64,000 nucleotides of DNA, taken from Bugula neritina. Taxonomy: Eukaryota; Animalia; Bryozoa. Made by a program: the position numbers and the translations under genes. Location: NCBI GenBank assembly GCA_964035545.1, contig OZ037770.1, positions 7,756,973 to 7,820,972 of the forward strand, in the 5' to 3' direction. Below, piece after piece: positions 37,601 through 51,900 of this stretch; the stretch's first letter is position 1, and the number at the start of each line of letters is the position of its first letter. Under the pieces are notes generated by a model. The model made no database searches, was not told where the DNA came from, and saw nothing but the letters and a program-made list of their open reading frames with translations.

Positions 37601-40600
37601 TAGTCCACTTTTTTTCAGATTTTTAGACAAGAAAATCACTAGAATTAAACTCAGAGAAGTGAAAAGCACATCTATGATTATCTGCAAAAGTTTTTGCTTG
37701 TACATATAATAAACTAGCTTCAATAATTTCAAGATAATATTTAATAGATTTGGACAAAGTTGTGGGGAAACAACTCCTGTAAAATTTTAAAGAGTTTTTG
37801 TGACTAACTAGGTGGATAGAAAAATTTAGAGTTTTTATAACAGAATATTGAAAAGAGCATCTATAATTATCAACAAAATTATTTTGCTTATATAAAATAA
37901 ATTAGCTTGAATAATTCCAAGATATTTAGCTGATTCACAAAAACGTTAAGAGAAAACAACTCCTGATCAATTTTAAAAGTTTAAAGCGCTTTTGTGGCTA
38001 GCTGGGTGCACAGAACAGTCTAGAGTTTTCACAGATTAATTAGGACCCTACAAACTTTCCATTTCTAAAAAAATTGCGTGGCCACCTCTCGGAGTGTAAT
38101 GAGTGAAAGATAATTGGAGGTTACTTCTAGACTAATAACGTAGAATCACCTGTTCTTGATGAACTCCTTCAGTGTAATGCTCTGGCAGGTTCTCTCTGTA
38201 TGCTTTATCAGCAAACTGCAGCACTTTTAAACATCTGCTGTCAGAAAACCTTTGCTCTATTTCTATGGTTGACTTCAGGTCTGTAAACACTGAATGAAGT
38301 CGAGATTTGTCTCCCTTAGCGGGGGCACTCTTCACTATCAATGTGTAGAGTTGAGACGCCACAGCTAGCCATGTGTCTAGCTTAGCAACCTAACAGCAAG
38401 CAGACTGAATAAATAAAGTCACATATAAGGTTTTATTAGTAAAATGTCAGTCTATTCCACTAAACCTGTCTGTTCAGCTACCATCCATCACTATAAACAG
38501 CTGAATACAACATCTGCACACATTCACTATTATAAGCAGTTTCGGTAAAATGTTTCAAAGCAGTCAGATTAGTCTCTGTAACCTGTGTCAGAGGAAAGCT
38601 AGCAAATCTCTGAAACTATAATATTACCAATGAATGGTTGAAAATCGTTGACACAGATAAAAAATAATTAATAATTAAAAAGGGCTCACAATCACATCTA
38701 ATTAAATACAATTTTAGACTGCTAAGAGATGTATATCAGAACAAAGAAATTAAATTATTAAACTTGAAAATTACAAGAAAAACCGGTATTCAGATATAAC
38801 AGCAAAATGTGGTGATATTTTGTAAAGGCAAATACAGTTCAATGAAAATGGAGGCCTTCACAAATATGAGTTCAATTATTTTAAAAAACACAATTAATGT
38901 ATAGCCAATTGTATGCTTAGTTGTGACATACTGCTAGCCTCAATCTTATATCACATGTCACAATCTTTCACGTCAGTTTCCAGGTGACATGATACAATGG
39001 GAAGGGTTATCCCAGTTAATGTCTAAACAATGTAGTTTATATAACTTTAAGATATTATTTATTATCATGGTATATATTATGATGAGAGATTTTGGTAGTT
39101 CAACTAAATTAAATTTAGCGTTTTTCATAACTAAATAATTATATGAAAAATAGCACAGTAACATTGACAAAAGTTGGATAAACCAGGCACACAGGCTAAT
39201 TAAAGTTAATGCTGTTAGCTGGAAAACCTACTCACATTGCATGGATTTGATACAGGATTACGACCAATAGAATCATCAAAACCTGGTCCATGAACCAAGT
39301 CTACATGCTGCATTAGCATTTCTTTGAATAAATGGGAGTCGTCAGCCTTGAGCCCTTCTACAAAATAAAAACACAAGTAGAAAAATTGCTGCAACTGAAG
39401 TATTATTGAACAAATCACATATTATAACTACATAGTAAGAATAATAAAGTCATTTAGACTATCATTACAAATAATAAAAGTAGCAAAACAAACCTAAGGT
39501 TTCACCAGCAATGCAGAGATCAAACAGTTTGAAAATATTCTCTTTAGAGCGAAGCCCTTCATTGGCTGACATGATGTGAACGAACTGCTGATTGGCTGGA
39601 AGAGCAAACAAGGCTGACTTGGGGTTATTTGTAATAATTCTAGTTTTTCTAAGCACTCTATAAATAACATCTTCCAATTGATCTTGCTTTTTTCTAATAC
39701 TCTGTGCAAAGAAGAATAAAACACAAACTGATGACATATGCAATATGAGCCATAAGAGGAAGCACTAGTAGTGATTGATAGTACTAGTTGTAAGTAATAC
39801 TACTAGTTATGAGTAATAGTATGAGTTGTGAGAGATAGTATGAGTAATGAGTAGTTAGTGAGTTGTGAGTAATAGTATTAGTAATAAGTAATAGTATTAG
39901 TTGTGAGAGATAGTATTAGTTGTGAGTGATAATATAAGGAGCTAATATGGGTTGTGAAAGACAGTATGAATAGTGAGTAATGGTATAAGCTATGAGCAAA
40001 TAGTCAAGTAAAATAATAAAATAATATTACACGTTACAAGGCTCTTATAAATAAATGTAGGTGATATCAATGAGAGATTGTATAAGTAAACTGAATACAT
40101 TCTATGTGAAGTCAGTGTGACAGAAGCTGTGACTCACCGTAGCATCTGACAGAAGATGTTTGTTAACTGGATTGAAGAGAAACAAGAGGCGAGGACACAC
40201 TGGCCTACCAGCCAGGCACCACGACTTTGGCAAATCTAACTTCTTCAGCTCATCCTCCAGATGCAATTTATTTCTACATTTAGGCAACACATAAAGTATT
40301 GATGAAATAATTTTAAACTCTCATTTTGGAAAAATGAAAATGTGATTTCTAGAACAAAATGCAACATAAAATAAAATTCATAATACAGTTGAGAAATGAA
40401 CAAAAATTTGCTTGATTTTTGCTAAAGGTTGAGAAAGGAGCTCGACTATGCATTAAATGAAATCTATGATTGCTGCACAACTGCGACATAATATTAAAAC
40501 AATGTTTAGAAGACAGGCAAATTATTGAAATGGCTTAATTCTTTGAAACTAAATGAACACATTTCGCAGCTCAGTTTGGTAACCTCTTATCTCACAACAC

Positions 40601-42478
40601 AATCCAAATATCCTTTACAGGGAATATAGACACATATAACAGTTGATATTCAAACCAAAGAGTGGAAAAACTTCTACAGTGCTGCTCTAAAAACAATAAA
40701 TGACATGCATGGCACAGAGCTCTACTACCTTCCTTTTCAAACCCATACCTTGCGTGGTCTAAAGCTCGAAACAGCCTTATATAGCTTGTGTCAAACGCCA
40801 ACCCAGGAGTCGAGAGTAAAATGATGTGAGCAACATGAAAGGCATACAGCATAATTTTTGCTTTGGTGAAAAGAACTGAATCGAAATTTGAAGAATTGCC
40901 TGCAATAATAGCAGAAAGTAATAAAAATGTATGTACTTATAAGATGTATGGCATAGAGTAGCAGGTGAATGATTTGGAGTGACACATATACTGTATAGAG
41001 TGACACATACACTGTATAGAATGACACATACACTGTATAGAGTGACACATATACTGTATAGAGTGACACATACACTGTATAGAGTGACACATACACTGTA
41101 TAGAGTGACACATACACTGTATAGAGTGACGCATACACTGTATAGAGTGACACATACACTGTATAGAGTGACACATACACTGTATAGAGTGACACATATA
41201 CTGTATAGAGTGACACATACACACTGTATAGAGTGACACATATAGTGTATAGAGTGACACATATGCTGTATAGAGTAATAAACTCACCTTCATCTTCACC
41301 TTGAAGCAATAGCCGACTAAGCTGGTCAATATCATAGCCAGTGAAACATTCCAGAACTACAAGTTTCCGAGTGGCATCATAGCATCCTCTCACTTGTCCC
41401 TACAAGCAACAAACCTGAATAACACCATAAAACTGATAAAGACTTACTGTATTACCTCTGCAGTAAAAAATGCTGAATTCCAAACTTGAAGACCATTATA
41501 CCAGTTACAGCTTATACACACACAAACAGGCACGCACGCACGCACACACGCACACACACACCTCTGGTACTAATTGGAGATATGCACAGTTTTTAACAAG
41601 TCTGAAAAAGAACCTATTTTAACTCATTTCTAGTTTCAAAAACCAATCTGGCCACCCAGATATCAAATTAACAAATCAAATTTCAATATAAAAATAAAAG
41701 CAATACCAAAACTGCTAAGACTGCATGAAAGAGAGTGGCAAATTGTTGTCCACAAAGCTACTAGCTCCAGTAGTAAGATACTGGTGTACTTGACAAGTCG
41801 TGACAGTTGACATGTGTGCCAGCCTCTTGGCTCAGCCAATCATATTCACCCATAAGCCAACAGCATTCAACACATTTATGTATGTTGACAGCCCAAAAGA
41901 ATGGTGTAATAGAATACTACAGGAGGAGAACACCATTATGCTTCTTAACTGATCCATGTACAACACAATCTTTGCTCCATATTTAAATGGGGTGGTACAA
42001 ATACATTGTGGGGCATATAATTATCAAGCAAGCAGACATTTCAGCCATTCATTATATCATCCTGTCATACAAAATCATCATTATTATACATTATCATCAT
42101 CATATAAAATTCACTAAAGATATTGCAACATTTAACAAACCAGCAGAATCCCTCTTACTTAGACTTTCATATACTGCTAGCAGACAGTAACAGGTCCTTG
42201 AATAATAGTCTATGACATCATTGTGTTATCTAAATAAGGACACTAAATTTATTCTGAAAAATAGTGAAGGCTGTGCCGACACTTTACTATAAACCTACCA
42301 CTTTGTTGCCTTCATCAAAACCAGTATGATGATCAAGGACATTTGTAAACACAGAACTTTTACTTCCGCCAAATGCTGTTTTTCCAATTATCGCAACCAC
42401 ACAGACACTTTTGTCATTGGTCAAGCTATTGAATCTATTCAAGTCTTCAGGGAATGAAAATGTAAAAAACTTGTCCAT
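28658..42478 (-). CDS. SMG8: Nonsense-mediated decay factor SMG8, ~859 aa
   Basis: Sixteen GT-AG coding exons in consistent phase: 42299-42478, 41288-41399, 40749-40899, 40138-40273, 39494-39701, 39236-39357, 38150-38389, 34315-34470, 34075-34215, 33732-33926, 33321-33423, 31624-31836, 31023-31169, 30496-30673, 29624-29800, 28658-28778 (2580 nt). SMG8 motifs: VCVVAIIGK, GRPVCPRLLFLF, LEDVIYRVLRKTRII, ACNCGR, PSWAL, GLDQPGFL..TNFLLPW, YTCPQGHRFM, WVMRLP. Confidence 0.93.
28841..29015 (+). mobile_element. tRNA-derived SINE copy (B-box region missing) in the last SMG8 intron
   Basis: CTAGTGGTTAGAGCACTGGCTTAGTAAAC head; body GGAAGGGCATTTAGTCACCATTGCTCTTGTG similar to the 3.2-kb copy. Confidence 0.6.
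29290..29600. repeat. ~20-21-bp minisatellite (ACTGTAGTATAATGTACAGT) in the last SMG8 intron
   Basis: Visible degenerate period ending ~20 bp from the donor at 29622-29623. Confidence 0.88.
29926..30192. repeat. 52-bp minisatellite, ~5 copies, in an SMG8 intron
   Basis: AATTAATATATGACAAGACAGCTATATAATATGTATATGTAGTAGATTATGG repeated. Confidence 0.93.
30339..30485. repeat. 22-bp minisatellite (GATATATGAATATAGTGATAGA), ~6 copies, in an SMG8 intron
   Basis: Visible period ending ~10 bp from the donor at 30494-30495. Confidence 0.93.
31885..33309. repeat. 17-bp minisatellite (CTCTCACTCTGACTATA), ~84 copies; fills SMG8 intron 31837-33320
   Basis: Visible period. It ends ~10 bp from the donor and ~48 bp from the acceptor. 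Confidence 0.98.
34896..38099 (-). mobile_element. Decayed Academ (AcademX-like) DNA transposon in SMG8 intron 34471-38149
   Basis: Inverted termini TTACACTnnnnnAGGTGGCCAC at both ends. Frameshifted minus-strand coding remnants at ~35575-36300: ALTGFHALTGC (XPG/H3TH-like), SLPPTKDELNLHV..ANYQAAIW and CSCKTSC..SRCGCQK..C..CTDVCQCKDC (Cys-rich finger). No clear TSD. Confidence 0.72.
40978..41277. repeat. 21-bp minisatellite (GAGTGACACATACACTGTATA), ~14 copies; fills most of SMG8 intron 40900-41287
   Basis: Visible period ending ~10 bp from the donor. Confidence 0.96.
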
Positions 42479-44060
42479 CCTGCAAGATTTTCAACACATG
42501 ACAGAATAAGAGAGAACTAGAAATTGCGTTTTATAAAGCAAGAGCAAAGGTTGTGGTTATTAATTAGTTCTAAATTACAATTTAAAACTTCATAAGTTAA
42601 CTCTGTTAATCTAAATATGCTTGCAAATACTTGATCCAATCAACATACATAATGATCACTAAAAAATAAAACATTACATACAAATAAGTTCCAAACAAAA
42701 ATTGTAGATTATGATTCGTAAATTAAAATAAGTTAAAATTAACTAAACTTAGGTGAACTTGGGTTCAACATTTTTATTGTAGGTTGGACCATCACTAAGC
42801 CTGAATTACTAGCCGTTTGTGACTTTGGCCCTAATATTAATTATTATAATGACTCATAACAATAATCTTAATAGTTTGTTCCAAAGTTATCTTTTAGTCA
42901 AACTTTATAATTATTGCTATAATAATAATATTAATAAGATTGATAATAATAATAATTAGTAACACTATCACTAACATAATTATAGACAACTGGGTAAGAC
43001 TATAAAATTACTATGTCAATCTGAATAATCATAATTATAATATTAATCTGAATTTAATAAAAGAAATCCACGCTCGACCTATTTTCTAGAATAACATTAA
43101 CTTAATAATTAACTAAACGTGTAACTATAACTTCTAGCAGCATGAGATTGAGTATGAGTATCAGTATCATTTAGACTTACTCTTAGAGTTGGTCCTATCA
43201 TCATGATAAAGTAATTATCATTTATGACTTACAAGAACACTAATTGAAGCTCTAACTTTAAGAGTAGAACAGTATCAATATCATTATGATTACGAGGATG
43301 AGCATCAATGCAATTATCATACTCATACTGATAGTGATACTGAGTATCAGCATGAGTATAAAATAACAGTAGTATTAGTACTAACAGTAACACTACTAAA
43401 AGTAAAACTTTAAAGTAAAATTAAAAGTAAATGTGTAGTAAGACTAACAGTAACAGTAACACTAACCGTAACATTGTTACTAACAGTAACAGTAACACTA
43501 ACAATAGCAACTAACAAGAGTAACACGTGCTAACAATAACATCATGATACTGATAGTCATAGTGAGTATGACTACCAGAATCAGTCAATCACTATGACTA
43601 TGAGTACGAGTATCAGTATGACTATGACTGTGAGTAACAACTAACAAGTAACCAACAATTGGACTAACAGTAACACCAATAACTAGTAAGTACTACAAGT
43701 ACAAGTAACACTAACACTAACAGCCAACAGGTAACACTTACAGTTACAGCTACACTAACAAGTAACAAGCAACAGCGAGCACTCAGAAGCCAGAACACTT
43801 AAGAGTTAAGTAACTAATACCTATAAGTATTAGTTATTAGAATTAGTAATAATAATGCAAATGGTAGCAACTGCAACTACTACCTGTGGTTGGTTTTTTT
43901 AAATTGGTGAATTAACGATCATTGAATATCAAATTGAAATTAAATATGATTCGGTGATGATAGTTGGTTTTCCCCACGACCAAGGTTTATTATTGAAGAT
44001 GTTGATTTGATGAGAAAAAGTCTACGATCACGACTTATGAGTTATGACATATTCAGACAA

Positions 44061-44185
44061 GTTATTCTAGAAGCAGCTCCGAGTTGGGGGTGATTGTGTG
44101 CAATAGTGTAAGATTAGGGTCCCAAGTTAAATCCTGAACTCTAGACTCAAAAAATTTCAAATTCGGAGCTGTTTATAAAATAATT
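44061..44185. mobile_element. Short palindromic element (family C) upstream of SMG8
   Basis: TTATTCTAGAAGCAGCTCCGAGTTG ... CAAATTCGGAGCTGTTTATAAAATAA inverted arms; similar to 61384-61537. Confidence 0.62.
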
Positions 44186-45981
44186 CTATTCAGCAAGACA
44201 AAGAGTTAAACCAATTAGCGTTAATTAATCAATCTGACGATAATAGAATCAGATGGTCTAACATCTAAATCCTAAGCTATTTGACAATTTCGCTGACTAA
44301 TATCAATTCCCAATGTTACATATTAAACATAGAATAATATTGTGATGGCCGTTGGATATGCTATGCTACCCCATGCCTCTGTGTACTTGAAACCTAGCCT
44401 ACACCTTCTATATTATGGACATTTTATTCACACAGCTTGCTGCACTCTGGGATGCCACACGTTCTACCATTCGCATGGCGACAGTCTGTGATGCCGCACA
44501 GCCGCATGGCAGCCTCTGCTGTGGCTAGACGACCGGAACCGCGGGGAAACATGATGAGATGAAAATAATATACAGGCAAGCTTAACTGGCAATCAGAAGT
44601 AAGCTTTCGGTAGGTTTGAAAAAAGAAATAAAATATTAAGTTTTATTTACATTCTCAACTCTAACTATATTATAGGCAGATCAGCTGAGATTATAGACAG
44701 CGGTAAGAGAGAAACTTATTGCCTATAAGTTCTTCTGCTACTTGTATGAAACCCAAAGTTATATATTTGCTAAGCACATGCAAATAATCTTTTTTACAAA
44801 ACAGTTTTTCAAACATTCTACTATGTTGTTATGAAGCAGAATTTTATTTGAAAAGTCTTGTTCTAAATAATGTGACTAAGTGAATTAAGTAGGTGCAATG
44901 AAGGTGCAGAATAATCATATAACATGCCGGAGACAAAATGTGAATGATCATTTTGAAACTATGGAAAGTAATGGTGCCTAAAATATTCATGTAAAGATCT
45001 TAATTAAAGCTTTTTGCACTATTTTTTATTTTGAATGCGAGTTGACAGAAAATTTGAATAGTTGATTTGTGTAGCCTACAGCAGAAACACCTTATGACTT
45101 GATGCACACTGATATCGATGCATGGACATAGTTGTCAGTTTTACAGTCTAACTAATGTTTAAGCACACTGATATCGATGTTTAAGCTTACCTCATAAAAG
45201 CAAATGGGGAATTTCTGCTTTAGCTTTCTTTTGTTCACATGTCTGAGTAGAGGTGTGATACATGACAAGCTTGGAGGGTGCAGGATAATAAATTATACTA
45301 ACTTTTAAAATCAGGAAAACCCCAGTCAAAAGTTAATTAATAGTGACCTTTGTATATATACAACATACTATAGTTCATAATATAATAATATAACCATGCA
45401 TATATAATAATTATTCCATATAATATATTTTATTACAGACTATTTAGTTGTTAATAATTTAAATAGCTGCCGTCATTCCATATAAAGGTAAAATAAGATG
45501 GAAATATGAAATTAAATTTATATAGCCTACATAAAAATGAGCAGAAATAAGTATTTTATTTATATTTTTGTACAGTATATTTTATCACGTATAACTTGGT
45601 AATGTAAGCTCCAACAATAACAACCATTGCACATGGAATAAGCAAGCAAGGAAATGCATTGACTATTAAAGCTATTATATTATAATGGTAAAAACATGAC
45701 TAGCTTTAATACAAATGAGTATTTGAGCAAATATCGAAAGTAATTGTTCTGAGAATGTAACAAAAATTTATCAAAATATAAGCTATATCTATACATTGTC
45801 GTTCCCACGAAACCTAAATTGTCATAAGCTTCATAATTATACAGGTTAGTGAAACTGATGTATTACATCATGCAAGAATATTACTAAAACTATAATACAA
45901 GGAGTAAGGACGGTAACTCACACCAGAGACTTAGTTTGTAGTGACAGAAACCAGTGTAACTTTCACAAAGTTTTAAATCAA

Positions 45982-48900
45982 TTACAAATAATTAAAGGAG
46001 TTTGCTCCAGCTCCTGTGATATTTCTGTTGTCAACTGCAGTACTGTGATAAGAGCCATTATTGGTGGGGATACTCTGGTCTGTAATGTCTCTATGACTAT
46101 CATCATGGTAAATATTGAGTGGCATCTCGCTATCTACACAACACAAATATAAGGGTACTCAAAATATATGCTATAACAGTAACTTGCAACAGCCTAACTT
46201 CATATGCCTATACTTTTTAATAATACTATATAATCACATACAAATATACCATGTAATACTATTTATGTAATATGTAGTGATATAAATATAATATGTAATT
46301 AAATAAAATGTTATAGTATGCAATAAGGCACTTTATGCAGCACCTACACATCAATTCTGATTGATTCAATTATTGAACAGCATGTTAGACAATAGTACTA
46401 TGTCTGATACAGTTTGCTATATATACATAATATATGAGTATACAGCTATATACAGCTATATACAGTTATAACAAATGGCTAGGAGAGGGGGTCATCATTG
46501 CATGGAAAGGCTTGCAACTGCTGAGCTCATTACTAATGTTTTTAGATCACTGCTAAATATAGGAGTAGCATGGGTTAGAGCAGTTACTCTTGAAAATTGA
46601 CCAATATTTAATAAATTTGTCTCCATTTTTGTTGGTCCAGGTTTACTATAGTGGAACTAATCAATGTAAGTCGGGTAGGAACAACCAAAGGAAAGCTAAA
46701 CATGCCAAATAGAAAATATTTTACAATTAGTTGGAACAGAATAGGCAAGGAATTTGTTCTCTCACAATATAACTTTGAGAAAAAATTACCAGAAATACAA
46801 ATAGGAATCTAGAGCTTGGCAAAGTACCCAATTAAAATTGTGAGGCTATTATTTAACTTTGACCCTAACTTTCAACCGGTGTTAAGAGTTGAGGAATGCT
46901 CCAGTTTGGACGGAAATTCTCACATTTAGGAGCAGTAGTTAAGAAATGGAGTTAGCCTAAGCTCTTTAATTTTATTATTAAATTTTGGTTTGGCTCGAGG
47001 ACATAATTGTGGATGCTACACTTCCAATCCGAACACAGGCTTTTCTCAATTTCTCCTACCTTAATTCCCAGCACTTATTTGCTGATTATAAAATCAGGTT
47101 TCAAAGTAAAGTTGAGACACAACGAAAGTAGAAACTATCCCATACACTTTGGATAACCTCTGCATTCAATTACAATTTGACCAGGGAGAGGGTAATTTAC
47201 AAAGTGTGTTTGAGGAATTGCTGGTAGACACACGCACAAATTCAGACTAAATCACGTGGAGATGACTCCCACAGTCAGGTACAATAGCGCAGACTGTGTC
47301 ACAGATACATACCTCCAGTGTTATAGTGACGGCATTGCTCACCCCCACCACCAGAGTCCTGCAGTGGACCTGAAACATGAGGGCAGAATACAGACAGAGT
47401 GTTTCATAGAGTAACACTTCTACTGAGTATATTACGCCTCAAAAGCTCAACAACTGATATTTAAAACGATGAAAAAGAGCTGAGATTAGTAGTGATACTA
47501 TACTAGTAGTGATACTATACGAGTAGTGATACCATACAAGTAGTGGTACTATACGAGTAGTGATACCATACTAGTAGTGATACTATACGAGTAGTGATAC
47601 TATACTAGTGGTGATACTATACTAGTAGTGATACTATACGAGTAGTGATACTATACTAGTGGTGATACTATACAAGTAGTGATACCATACAAGTAGTGAT
47701 ACTATACTAGTGGTGATACTATACAAGTAGTGGTACTATACTAGTAGTGATACTATACAAGTAGTGATACTATACTAGTAGTGATACTATACAAGTATTT
47801 ACAATGATTTAGGAGTTACATTTTCAACTAATATTGTGATTTGTTTATTGTGCTATGCTTAAGAACCTACTGCCTTATTGGCCAGGATCACAGGTGAGTA
47901 AATCTACAAATTTAATTGATTTTTGTGTTTCCAGTTGGTGTTCACTCCTAATGTGCCAACCTTAATAAAGAAAAAGGAGCTTTATTGAACACTAGATGAA
48001 GGTCTGCAATACATTCACTGGGACATTATCTATAGAAGTTTAACTCACACCAATCTTTCATGCAGCTTTGAGTTGAGGAGTTTATAGAGCTACTCGATCT
48101 GTGCATGCCAAGGTCATTCTACAATCATTGGACAACTAACAATATATATATTTCTATTAATAAAAGAGAAAACGAACCCACAGAACCAACAATAGCAAGG
48201 AATTATAAAATGCACATAATAATATAGTACTAAGCTTTACAGCACATAGCATATAGTAATATATCTACAGGTAACATACTCCACTGAAGGTCAGTATTGT
48301 TGTATATCAGCAAGTATATAGTAAACAAGTGAAATGGAACTTGATTAAAAATGGACGCCATACCCCAAGGCACTCCTGCAAGCCCACTTATGTGAGGTAT
48401 TATGTAGCCGGTGATTTCCATTGCATACTTACATTTCCTAAGTTTTGACTGGACCGCCTGCCCTTTCTCCTCCGGCATAATATCACTATTATAACAATGG
48501 CGGTCACAGTTGCTACTAATGGTATAGCCACCCATAGTATGATTATCTTTCCCTTAAATCTTCGGTCTACAAAGTCATTGTCAAACAGGCTATAATGGTG
48601 CTGCAATTCTACTAGTCTTAGTATCAACACAAAACTCACATATTCTACTCTAATATAAACTGCAGTCAACATAATTTTTCTGGCTTTCTTGATGCTGTTT
48701 ATGATATGCTGCCTATTACTCAACATCTATACATAACAAGAATTACACTAATAAAAACACCTCATCAAATGCTGGTATTACGACTTATATATATATACTA
48801 TGAAGCTAATATTTCATTATGTAGTATATGTGGTAGCGATTCTATTATACTAACCAGTGCGGCATGTGTTATCTGAAGTCTCCGTTCCTTGAGTATCCAC

Positions 48901-51900
48901 ACCATACGTGCACACAGTGTGTGGTATACAGGGTTCTGTATATGAAGATATGTTGGAAAATGTTCCCACTGGACATGCTTTGCACACGGTATTCGTTCTC
49001 TTAGTACCTGATACACAAGATATTATATTGAACATGAAACTGTATAATATCCAGGTGTAATATATGGGAATTATAAGTAGAAAAAAGTCATCTGACCACA
49101 TAAAGCAGCTATACTACAGTTTAGAAACTTACAAAATGACTACTGATTGAAAATTAAATGAAAAAGTTTAATGCTCAACAATGAACGACAGTTGTTTATA
49201 AATTACCCTAGCCAAGTGCTAACACTCAGTAGGTAAAACCATTAATTTTGTATCGATACAGCTGTAAACTGTAACAGAGTAACATACTTCTTACTTACAC
49301 TAATGAAATAAATTGCTATTGACTTTAAACTATCAGTATTTTGTAAAGTAACAATTCATAAAATCCTGATTAACTTTTTCTCGTTTGTTCATATTCTTAT
49401 ATTCAGCAGAAAAAAATATTGGGAAGACAACTTTATATTATTGTTACATATTGTACTTTATGTAAGTTTTTAAACAGTAATAAGGTTAGTGTATGATTTG
49501 GTTACTATAATAAGATAAGGTGTAGAGAGAGTTGTAGGCATACACTGATGGTGGCTTAGTGTGGCTGCTGGGAGTATTGTAGTATTCAGCAGGTTGTATA
49601 TATAATTATACTCTACATAGCAACAGCTAATGAGATGTCAGCCTAACTATTAGTTATTATTTTAATTACATGACACACAATTATACTGAGAGTTATGATA
49701 CATCAGCTATAATGGCCCTTGAGATATTTAATCACATTTACACTATAATCAATTGCTTGTATTCAGAGTAAATTCATTAGGAAGAACTTTCATCTAATTG
49801 ATTGTCTCAGAGAAAGAGAGAGTAGTGAGTAGTGCAAACTTAGACAGCATTTAGTTGCTGTATATGAAAGCTTTACTGGTCATACATTGAGATTATGCTG
49901 CCAACATGTTACAGTATAGGATAATACTGTGAACACAGATTACTTCTCCAAGGTATGACTCAAGCTCATGCCTTTGACTATGTAGTCCGTGGTAATAAAA
50001 GATAACCTCAAAGAGTCTGAAAATCTGGACATTGTTTGGTTCATGAGGGAAGGCAGTGGCAAGTTTTAGTTACAGCTAGGAGTTAAAGTTTAGCAAAAAT
50101 CAGATCTACCCTTAAGAATTTTTGGGTTTCAAGTACCAGCACTTCCCCCATCAAACACAAAGTTTTACAGCTTCGAAGATTTATATCGGTAGACTAACCG
50201 GGGGGGGGGGGGGGGGAGGGGTTACAGCAGGAGTTGCCCCTCCTATACGTGATGATAATCTACAAAGCCATCTGCCAATTATTTAAGCTGCAGACATACT
50301 AAAGGGCACAGTTGCTGCAGCACATAAAGCTAGCCTGCTATCCCTGTAGATATTATACTGACTAGGGTTAAAAGGTTGGCTAAGGTTACATCTAGCATGT
50401 GCAGCTATATTACATATACACATATCAGATGCTGTTAGAAACTTGAATACTCATTCTAACAATATATAAAGATTAACCTATAATAATGCCCAAGAGATCC
50501 CTGAATATTAATTGTTAAACTAAATTATTACTGCCAAACCACCACAGTTAACATTTTGCTAAAACTACACACAAAGGCTAAAGATTTTACTGGAATATTT
50601 ATTGTTGTAGAAACAAACTTGTTCAACAACCAATACAGTTATTAATAATTACACAGGCAATGCATCCCGTTATATGAAAACCATTGGCTGATAGATAAAT
50701 GTTAAACTCTTGAGGCCAATAAAAAGACCAGTGTATGGCAATATTTCTTAAAACTTGAAACCAATTATGTATATTAATTAACATTATATAGCTAGACAGG
50801 AAATATGTATAACTCAACTAATATTGCTACATACTTATGTGCTAGTAAGCTAAGGCACATAGACATTTTTTATTTTATAAACCAATGAATAATATGCTCA
50901 AGATTGCTTGGAAATATTTTTTTTAGTTTTTGAAGCTGAAGTTGTCAAAAATTTCATTACAGTTTGGAAAATTTCGTACCTCAGCACTTTTTCCATGAGT
51001 CAGTCTCAGTCTTATGACTGTACCATGATCTTGCAGCATATGCATGTATATTTCAAATGCCAATACCTACTCACTGCTACTGTAGCTGCTAGTGATCACA
51101 TGTTAATATGCACAACAACAATATGCTTACACTGATGGTAATAGCAGCTATGTCTATATTACATCACAATTTACGTTTACATCAATTTGTGAATATAACA
51201 AAATACGTGCCATCCAGTTCATAAATAGTGTTATACAATGTTACTGAAAGATTTATGTAGCTTTCAAGTATATATTTGTATTTTTACATATAATTATTAA
51301 AACTAGATCTGAGAAAAACCACTGGTGTTATTGAAAAGCAGAGAGTGATGAAATTGTGATACGAGAAACCACTATCAAAATAACAACTTTCAATTTAATT
51401 CTTTTTAATTCAGTCCTCAATAAATCCTGCATGTATCCGATCTTAAACAACATGGGCAGTTATTTGGAGAAATCAGTCATTTAAAAAAATGCTTTGGCAA
51501 AAGTATCATACCTTTGTGAAAACTTTAATGTTTGTTAAAATATAAACTTAAGACTGTTTTACAAAGAAACGAAGGAGGCACCAGTGCAAACAAGATTGTT
51601 GCTTTGAAAAACAAAATCTAGAATCTCAGATTTCATAAAACATTAACTTTCCAGACTTATAGCAGAAAACCTAATTGGAGGATTTTTTAAAATCATTGAT
51701 ACAACCCTGCTTTAAACACCCAATCTTCGGTGTGTACAGTCAAATAATAACAACTCATCCCTCAGATTATAGTCAAATAATTTGTCAGATTTCATCACAT
51801 GCTGGCTGCTGCCTTTCACTACTACAATTATAAACTGAGCACAGTACACGTAAAAGCTTGATGATAGTTATGATTTGTGCCTACTAAATGACTTATAATG

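Noticed and set aside
44340-44560. GC-richer patch upstream of SMG8 as a possible ncRNA
   Set aside because: No recognisable RNA family motif or convincing structure; more likely promoter sequence or a TE fragment.
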